NCBI GenBank assembly: GCA_045640205.1
Contig: JAZUEO010000109.1
Span: 1 to 13,952 of the forward strand
DNA length: 13,952 nucleotides
Source of the DNA: Candidatus Coprenecus sp.
Lineage (GTDB): Bacteria > Bacteroidota > Bacteroidia > Bacteroidales > UBA932
Direction: 5' to 3'
Of this stretch, positions 8,461 through 13,952 are shown in pieces. The translations under genes and the position numbers were made by a program. The notes below the pieces were generated by a model, which was given only the letters and a program-made list of their open reading frames with translations, made no database searches and had not been told where the DNA came from. Numbering within the stretch: the stretch's first letter is position 1; every line of letters begins with the position of its first letter.

Positions 8461-9531
8461 ATGGAAAACAGAATACTCGAACTCCTCAGCGGAGTGGTGC
8501 ACCCCGATACGGGAGAAAGCATCGTCAAAATGGGTCTTGTCGAAGACATCAAGTGCTCACCCGATGAAACTGCCCCCTCCGAAATAAAGTTCAAACTCAC
8601 TTTCACCGGGCACGACCCGCTTTCCGGTGCCCTCAAGCGCGAATGCTGTTCAGTTCTGGAAGCGGCATTCCCCGGGGTTAAGGTTTCCATTATGGAAATG
8701 ATTAACGAAAGAAAGAACGTAAAGAAAACCGTTAACGAACTGGGTACTGAAGAACTCCGGAAGATTAAACACATCATCGCCATCGCCTCCGGCAAGGGGG
8801 GCGTGGGAAAATCCACAGTCGCAGTAAATCTGGCGGTAGCTCTCGCGAAAAAGGGATATAAGGTGGGGCTGGCCGATGCCGACGTTTACGGCCCTTCGGT
8901 GCCGAAAATGACCGCCACGGAAGGCTACCAACCCACAGCGATAGAAGGGGATAAGGGACCGGGCAGTTTCGATTTGCTCGTGCCGGTGGAGAAATATGGC
9001 GTGAAATGGATGTCCATCGGATATTTCGCAGACCCTGACCAGGCTTTGATATGGAGAGGACCTATGGCTTGCAATGCCCTCAAGCAAATGATTCTGCAGG
9101 TCAGATGGGGAGAACTCGATTACCTGCTGATCGACCTCCCTCCGGGAACGGGAGACATACACATCACCCTTGTACAGAGCATACCGCTATCGGGAGCCGT
9201 CATCGTCACCACACCACAGGCCGTGGCTCTGGCAGACGTAATGAAAGGGGTGAATATGTTCACCCATAAAGATGTCAACGTTCCCATTCTGGGACTGGTG
9301 GAAAATATGTCCTGGTTCACACCGGCAGAGCTTCCTGCCAACAGATACTTTATTTTCGGTCACGATGGCGGAAAAAAAATGGCGGATAGGCTGGACCTGC
9401 GTCTTCTCGGTCAGATTCCCATTTATATGTCACTCCGCGAAGGGGGCGACACCGGCACTCCTGCCGCCCTGTCGGAAGGAATGGATGCGGAAGCGTTTCT
9501 GCATCTTGCAGAAAGAATAGCGGACAAATAA
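8461..9531 (+). CDS. apbC: Mrp/NBP35 (ApbC) family iron-sulfur cluster carrier ATPase
   Basis: The deviant Walker A IAIASGKGGVGKST and the Mrp signature around ADADVYGPS are present. The N-terminal DUF59-like region VVHPDTGESIVKMGLV is also visible. The start at 8461 is preferred because the candidate promoter octamer lies inside the alternative 8428 start. Confidence 0.9.
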   Translation: MENRILELLSGVVHPDTGESIVKMGLVEDIKCSPDETAPSEIKFKLTFTGHDPLSGALKRECCSVLEAAFPGVKVSIMEMINERKNVKKTVNELGTEELRKIKHIIAIASGKGGVGKSTVAVNLAVALAKKGYKVGLADADVYGPSVPKMTATEGYQPTAIEGDKGPGSFDLLVPVEKYGVKWMSIGYFADPDQALIWRGPMACNALKQMILQVRWGELDYLLIDLPPGTGDIHITLVQSIPLSGAVIVTTPQAVALADVMKGVNMFTHKDVNVPILGLVENMSWFTPAELPANRYFIFGHDGGKKMADRLDLRLLGQIPIYMSLREGGDTGTPAALSEGMDAEAFLHLAERIADK

Positions 9532-9549
9532 CTGAGAAGCTGTATCAGT

Positions 9550-9750
9550 CTATTGATACTCCAAAAGGTCGCCGGGCTGACATTCAAGAGCCCGGCAGAG
9601 AGCATCCAATGTCGAAAGTCTGACCGCTTTGGCTTTACCGGTCTTGAGAATCGATAAATTGGCGGGAGTTATGCCGACCTTTTCTGCCAATTCCCCGCAC
9701 GACATCTTGCGGCGGGCCAGCATAACATCCACATTCACAACTATCGCCAT
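9550..9750 (-). CDS. Small YozG-like XRE-family HTH transcriptional regulator (66 aa)
   Basis: MAIVVNVDVMLARRKMSCGELAEKVGITPANLSILKTGKAKAVRLSTLDALCRALECQPGDLLEY is the characteristic sequence of short YozG-type HTH proteins. The start lies 2 bp after the flotillin stop. Confidence 0.75.
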   Translation of the reverse strand: MAIVVNVDVMLARRKMSCGELAEKVGITPANLSILKTGKAKAVRLSTLDALCRALECQPGDLLEYQ

Positions 9751-9752
9751 AA

Positions 9753-11186
9753 CTATTCAGCTTTGGTTTCTTCTTCAGGCTTGAGCTCCTGAGAAGCCTC
9801 CGCACAGTCCGGACCCTTCAGGTACGAAGGAAGATTCATTCCGGCCATCTTGAAAAGGTCTTCAAGAGGAGGAACTGAGCCCATCATTCCAGAAATGAAA
9901 TTGGAAGTGGCGGTCTTTCCCCCTTTTGAACCTGCACCGTCCCAGACGGTGACCTTATCTATCTTGATACCCTTGACAGCCTCGACCTGAGTCTTGACGA
10001 GTTCGGGAAGTTTGTCGGCTATGAGCATCGTGATGGCCTGACGGGCGTCTCCTCCGGCAGCATTAACCAATTGACCGAAACCTTCAGCCTGTTTGGAAAG
10101 GACTTCGAAGACACCTCGGGCCTGCGCATCCATCTTGGCGAAGATGGCATCGGCTTCTCCCTTGGCCATACGACGGATTTTCTCCGCCTCGGCTTCAGCC
10201 TGAATGATGGCTTTCTGCTTGTCTATCTCTGCCGCCACGACTATATTGGCCTGCTGGGTGGCCTTCTCTCTCTCGGCGCGGGCTATTTCGGCGTCACGCT
10301 CTGACTTGTAGGCCTCTTCAAGGGCTTTGGCCGCCTGAACTTTTTCCGCTGCGACGGCAAGACGCTCGGCCTCAGCCTGTTTTTCGCGACGGAGAGCATC
10401 GGATTGCGCTATCGCAATTTTGGAATTGTTTTCACCCTCGACAGCCTTGGCATTGGCATCGGCGGTATTGATACGGGTATCACGGGAAGTTTCCGCTATA
10501 CGGATATCCTTGTCCCTGTCAGCTTCCGCCTTTCCGATTTCACCGTAGCGGTTCTGTTCGGCCACGCTCTTCTTGGCATCGTTGATGGCCTTGGCGGCAG
10601 CTTCTTTTCCGAGGGCTTCGATATACCCCGATTCATCCCTGATGTCGGTTACGTTCACGTTGATGAGTTTCAGACCTATCTTCCTGAGTTCGGCCTCAAC
10701 GTTAGTGCTGACGTTGGCGAGGAATTTGTCACGGTCGGCATTGATTTCCTCTATGTCCATAGTGGCGATGACCAGACGGAGCTGACCGAAGAGGATATCG
10801 GTGGCTATATTCCTGATATCGTCGATATGCAGTCCGAGAAGACGTTCCGCGGCATTGGTCATATTCTCGGGTTCAGTCGAAATACCGACGGTGAACCGGC
10901 ATGGTACATCTACGCGGATATTCTGTTTTGAAAGGGCATTGGTCAGGTTACATTCGATGGAAATCGGAGTCAGGTCCAGGAATGCATAACTCTGGAATAC
11001 AGGCCACACGAAAGAGGCCCCGCCGTGGATACACTTTGCGGATGAAATGCCTCCCTGTTTGGTTTTACCGGTCTTTCCGTAAATTACCAGTATCTTGTCG
11101 GAAGGACAGCGTTTGTAGCGTCTGAGGATAGCCGTGAAAGTAACGAAAATCACGGCGACAATGATGAGAATCAGATAAAGTTCCAT
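9753..11186 (-). CDS. Flotillin-like SPFH/band-7 protein (YqiK/FloT-like)
   Basis: An N-terminal TM helix and an SPFH domain are followed by a long Ala/Glu/Lys-rich coiled-coil 'flotillin' region (EAERLAVAAEKVQAAKALEEAYKSERDAEIARAEREKA...). The protein is 477 aa. Confidence 0.9.
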   Translation of the reverse strand: MELYLILIIVAVIFVTFTAILRRYKRCPSDKILVIYGKTGKTKQGGISSAKCIHGGASFVWPVFQSYAFLDLTPISIECNLTNALSKQNIRVDVPCRFTVGISTEPENMTNAAERLLGLHIDDIRNIATDILFGQLRLVIATMDIEEINADRDKFLANVSTNVEAELRKIGLKLINVNVTDIRDESGYIEALGKEAAAKAINDAKKSVAEQNRYGEIGKAEADRDKDIRIAETSRDTRINTADANAKAVEGENNSKIAIAQSDALRREKQAEAERLAVAAEKVQAAKALEEAYKSERDAEIARAEREKATQQANIVVAAEIDKQKAIIQAEAEAEKIRRMAKGEADAIFAKMDAQARGVFEVLSKQAEGFGQLVNAAGGDARQAITMLIADKLPELVKTQVEAVKGIKIDKVTVWDGAGSKGGKTATSNFISGMMGSVPPLEDLFKMAGMNLPSYLKGPDCAEASQELKPEEETKAE

Positions 11187-11190
11187 AGTA

Positions 11191-11778
11191 CTATACGATT
11201 AATGTATTAATTCTGTCAACGAGCAGAGTGCTCTTGTTTATCACTTCTATAACCTCGATGGGGGTTCCGGTAGGGATGGTGTCTCCTTCAGTCTGGGCAT
11301 TGTATTCACGAACCGCATTGCTGATGGTTATCTGGATTTTACCTTCTCCGGCGCGATGACCGGGGATGGTCAGATAAACCGTTCCCTGACAACCGACCGC
11401 ACATTTTTCCACTTCGATGTTTCCGGACTGCTGCATACCGCTCAGCCACTTGAACAGGAGCATTACCACAGTGACCAGAGCAAGTCCCACGACCACAGAA
11501 AGGAACCAGAGCATAAAATGTGATTCGACGGAGTCCGCCAGAAGTATGGCTGTCCACCCGAATCCAAGGCAGAAGTTCACAAAATTTCTGAAAGTAAAAA
11601 GGTTTATGCCGCTTCCGGCATCAGGCAAATCGGAATCGGTATCGAAATCCGATATCGTGTCCGTATCGGCACCGACGAAAGTCATAATGCTTTGGATGAC
11701 GAAAATCAATGAAGCGCTCAATGTCAGTCCCCAAAGGACCTTCATCAGCACGGTTAAGGATGACCACCATTCTATCAT
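11191..11778 (-). CDS. NfeD-like membrane protein (YqiJ/YuaF-like), flotillin partner
   Basis: The N-terminal half carries several TM helices. The C-terminal region is soluble and resembles an NfeD beta-barrel (GTVYLTIPGHRAGEGKIQITISNAVREYNAQTEGDTIPTGTPIEVIEV). It sits immediately upstream of flotillin with a 4-bp gap. Confidence 0.8.
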   Translation of the reverse strand: MIEWWSSLTVLMKVLWGLTLSASLIFVIQSIMTFVGADTDTISDFDTDSDLPDAGSGINLFTFRNFVNFCLGFGWTAILLADSVESHFMLWFLSVVVGLALVTVVMLLFKWLSGMQQSGNIEVEKCAVGCQGTVYLTIPGHRAGEGKIQITISNAVREYNAQTEGDTIPTGTPIEVIEVINKSTLLVDRINTLIV

Positions 11779-11813
11779 TGCAGTATCATTTATTGGTTAT
11801 TTGATGCGAAAAT

Positions 11814-11846
11814 AAAAAAAGTTATCGAATCACGATAACTTTTTAT
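11814..11846 (-). terminator. Rho-independent terminator-like hairpin downstream of ychF
   Basis: AAAAAGTTATCG-aatca-CGATAACTTTTT forms a perfect 12-bp stem. On the minus strand a T-run follows it. It lies about 28 nt past the ychF stop and is flanked by A/T runs on both sides. Confidence 0.6.
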
Positions 11847-11874
11847 CATTTTTTTGAATAAATTTCAATATCAC

Positions 11875-12975
11875 CTACACATTAAACAGGAAATGCATTA
11901 TATCCCCGTCCTCCACGACATAATCCTTCCCTTCTGTAAACAGACGCCCGGCAGCACGACAGGCGGCTTCTGAACCGTATTTCAGATAATCATCGTATTT
12001 GATGACCTCGGCACGTATAAATCCTTTCTCGAAGTCGGTATGGATAACACCTGCGGCACGGGGAGCCTTGTCTCCCTTATTTATGGTCCAGGCACGCACT
12101 TCAGGTTCTCCGGCGGTGAAATAGGTCTGAAGATTAAGCAGCGAATATGCTTTCTGTATCAGTCTTTCGACACCGGAATGCTCAAGGCCTATCTCCGAAA
12201 GAAACATCTGCCTCTCTTCATAATCCTCGAATTCAGCTATGTCGGATTCTATCTTGGCAGCAATAATCATCACTTCGGCATCTTCATCCCTGACGGCCTC
12301 GCGAAGCCGCTCGGTGTATTCATTGCCGGTGACGGCGGAAGCTTCATCGACATTGCAGACATACAGAACGGGCTTATTGGTAAGAAGCCAGAACTCCCGG
12401 GCGATTTTTTCCTCCTCGGTATTCTCGAGTTTAACGGTACGGGCTGAAAGACCGCTCTGGAGCGCATCGCGGTACCTGTTCAGAAGGTCAGCCGCCTTTC
12501 TCGCACTCTTGTCTCCGCACTGAGCCTGCTTCTGTACCTTGGCAAGACGATTTTCCACTGTTTCGAGGTCTTTGATTTGAAGCTCCATATCGATGATTTC
12601 CTTATCCCTGACAGGGTCCACCGACCCGTCCACGTGAACAACATTCGGGTCATCAAAACATCTGATAACGTGAAGGATGGCATCGGTTTCCCTGATGTTG
12701 GCCAGGAACTGATTCCCCAGACCTTCTCCCTTGCTCGCCCCTTTCACCAGCCCGGCAATATCCACTATTTCCACGGTAGCGGGAACTATCCTCTTGGGAT
12801 TCACCAGTTTGGCAAGTTCATTCAATCGCTTGTCGGGGACATTCGTAGCTCCGATATTGGGGTCAATGGTACAAAAAGGGAAATTGGCGGCCTGGGCCTT
12901 GCCCGAACTAATACAGTTGAAAAGGGTGGATTTGCCTACGTTAGGCAGTCCTACTATTCCGCAGCGAAGTGACAT
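11875..12975 (-). CDS. ychF: Ribosome-binding ATPase YchF (Obg-family GTPase)
   Basis: The start MSLRCGIVGLPNVGKSTLFN is a G1 motif. The C-terminal TGS domain ends ...GDIMHFLFNV. The 367-aa length from the ATG at 12975 is typical. The ORF-track start at 13137 is an upstream extension. Confidence 0.95.
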   Translation of the reverse strand: MSLRCGIVGLPNVGKSTLFNCISSGKAQAANFPFCTIDPNIGATNVPDKRLNELAKLVNPKRIVPATVEIVDIAGLVKGASKGEGLGNQFLANIRETDAILHVIRCFDDPNVVHVDGSVDPVRDKEIIDMELQIKDLETVENRLAKVQKQAQCGDKSARKAADLLNRYRDALQSGLSARTVKLENTEEEKIAREFWLLTNKPVLYVCNVDEASAVTGNEYTERLREAVRDEDAEVMIIAAKIESDIAEFEDYEERQMFLSEIGLEHSGVERLIQKAYSLLNLQTYFTAGEPEVRAWTINKGDKAPRAAGVIHTDFEKGFIRAEVIKYDDYLKYGSEAACRAAGRLFTEGKDYVVEDGDIMHFLFNV

Positions 12976-13015
12976 TTTATTCTTATTTTTGTTTCGTGAT
13001 GCAAAAGTAAACACT

Positions 13016-13952
13016 ATGAAGGCATTCCCCAAATTTGCGCTCCTCTTTATTTGCCTTGCGGCAATATGTCCTTCCTCCACTCTCTCCGCCCAAGAACGGC
13101 CGACGGTGATGTTCTGGAATCTCGAGAACTTCTTCAACCCCTATGACGATCCGAAGAAAAACGACGATGACTTCACCCCGGCAGGAACTTACCACTGGAC
13201 ATGGAAGCGCTGGGAAGTGAAAAAGAATGCCATCGCCAAGGCCATTATGGCAGTCAGGGAGAATGGGCGGGATTACCCCTTTCTGGTCGGTGTCTGCGAA
13301 GTGGAGGACAAGGTGGTAGTCCGCAAACTCACACAGGAGACATCTCTGTACAAATTGGGATATTCCTTCATTCACCGTGAATCCCCCGACATCCGCGGCA
13401 TAGACGTGGCGCTGCTCTACCGTGAGGACAGATTCACCCCTGCCGAAATCAGAGCATTGCACGTGAGTATGCCCCGCGGCAAGAAGACACGCGACATTCT
13501 TTACGTCAAGGGAGTGGAGACTCTGACTCAGGACACCCTGCACGTTTTCACTCTCCACTGGCCTTCCAAAGGTGGAGGTGAGGAAGAAACCCTCCCGGGC
13601 CGCATAGCGGCCGCCCGCACCCTTACAAAGGTCAGCGACTCTCTTCTGAACGCATCGCCTGCGGCCAGAATCATCGTAATGGGAGACTTCAATGACACCC
13701 CGCTTTCCAAGCCCCTGCTCGCCGCCACCGGCTCCGGCCTGAGCGATTTGGCCGTTCCACTCGCACGCGCCGGCAAAGGCACGCTCCGCTACCAGGGGAA
13801 TTGGGAACTCATAGACCATTTCCTCGTTTCAGATTCCCTCAAGTACTTCAAGATGAAAATCTTCTCGCCCGAATTTCTATTGGAAGAAGATACCAAGTAT
13901 CTGGGACGCAAGCCTTTCCGCACCTATTACGGCCCCCGCTATCACGGAGGTG
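13016..13952 (+). CDS. Secreted endonuclease/exonuclease/phosphatase (EEP) family protein, 3'-partial
   Basis: My own translation from the ATG at 13016 reads MKAFPKFALLFICLAAICPSSTLSAQERPTVMFWNLENFF...IVMGDFNDTP...NWELIDHFLVSD..., with no stop to the end of the window. It has a signal peptide and EEP catalytic motifs. The ORF track lists only the antisense shadow at 12983-13819. Confidence 0.8.
   Translation, partial: MKAFPKFALLFICLAAICPSSTLSAQERPTVMFWNLENFFNPYDDPKKNDDDFTPAGTYHWTWKRWEVKKNAIAKAIMAVRENGRDYPFLVGVCEVEDKVVVRKLTQETSLYKLGYSFIHRESPDIRGIDVALLYREDRFTPAEIRALHVSMPRGKKTRDILYVKGVETLTQDTLHVFTLHWPSKGGGEEETLPGRIAAARTLTKVSDSLLNASPAARIIVMGDFNDTPLSKPLLAATGSGLSDLAVPLARAGKGTLRYQGNWELIDHFLVSDSLKYFKMKIFSPEFLLEEDTKYLGRKPFRTYYGPRYHGG

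Noticed and set aside
8130-8816. 228-aa minus-strand ORF spanning rnhB and the mrp 5' end
   Set aside because: It overlaps two well-supported plus-strand genes and the intergenic promoter. The composition is Ser/Leu-rich, as expected for an antisense frame.
9532-9549. Small hairpin GTATCA-gtctat-TGATAC between convergent mrp and the HTH gene
   Set aside because: The stem is only 6 bp with no T-run. It is too weak to call a terminator with any confidence, although it might contribute to bidirectional termination.
10404-10931. 175-aa plus-strand ORF, and others at 10071, 10573, 10801 and 10901, inside the flotillin gene
   Set aside because: These are antisense to the flotillin coiled-coil region. 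A GC-skewed repetitive Ala/Glu coding sequence commonly produces long opposite-strand ORFs.
12983-13819. 278-aa minus-strand ORF
   Set aside because: It is an antisense shadow of the plus-strand EEP-family gene starting at 13016. It has no recognisable motifs, whereas the plus frame has a signal peptide and EEP motifs.
1-13952. Search for CRISPR arrays, tRNA or rRNA genes, and IS or integrase signatures
   Set aside because: No spaced direct repeats, tRNA-like cloverleaf candidates in intergenic regions, transposase or integrase ORFs, or terminal inverted repeats were detected. Intergenic regions are short (under 200 bp) and accounted for by promoters and a terminator.

Overview
This looks like a core-genome stretch of a Bacteroidales-type chromosome. 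Three things point that way: 4-bp ATGA stop/start overlaps between genes, no Shine-Dalgarno sequences, and TAnnTTTG '-7' promoter octamers placed 5-45 bp upstream of several starts. Gene order runs: lepA (5'-partial), then an ECF sigma factor, a single-pass anti-sigma-like protein, a secreted LTXXQ-like protein, lolD and trmN6 in one tightly packed + strand run. Next come a divergent EF-G-family GTPase on the minus strand, a domain-minimal AraC-type HTH gene facing an XRE HTH/coiled-coil gene across a repeat-rich intergenic region, then rnhB and mrp/apbC. On the minus strand there is a small YozG-like HTH, flotillin and NfeD operon, then ychF, and finally a secreted EEP-family hydrolase (3'-partial, missing from the ORF track because it has no stop in the window). 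I found no rRNA, tRNA, CRISPR array or mobile element. I see no obvious novel multi-gene system. The most unusual items are, first, an EF-G paralog whose catalytic and nucleotide-specificity GTPase motifs are substituted, while the adjacent lepA in this window keeps the canonical ones. Second, a flotillin-NfeD operon translationally coupled to a YozG-type HTH regulator. Third, a divergent regulator pair with 21-bp-phased tandem repeats bracketed by an inverted repeat.
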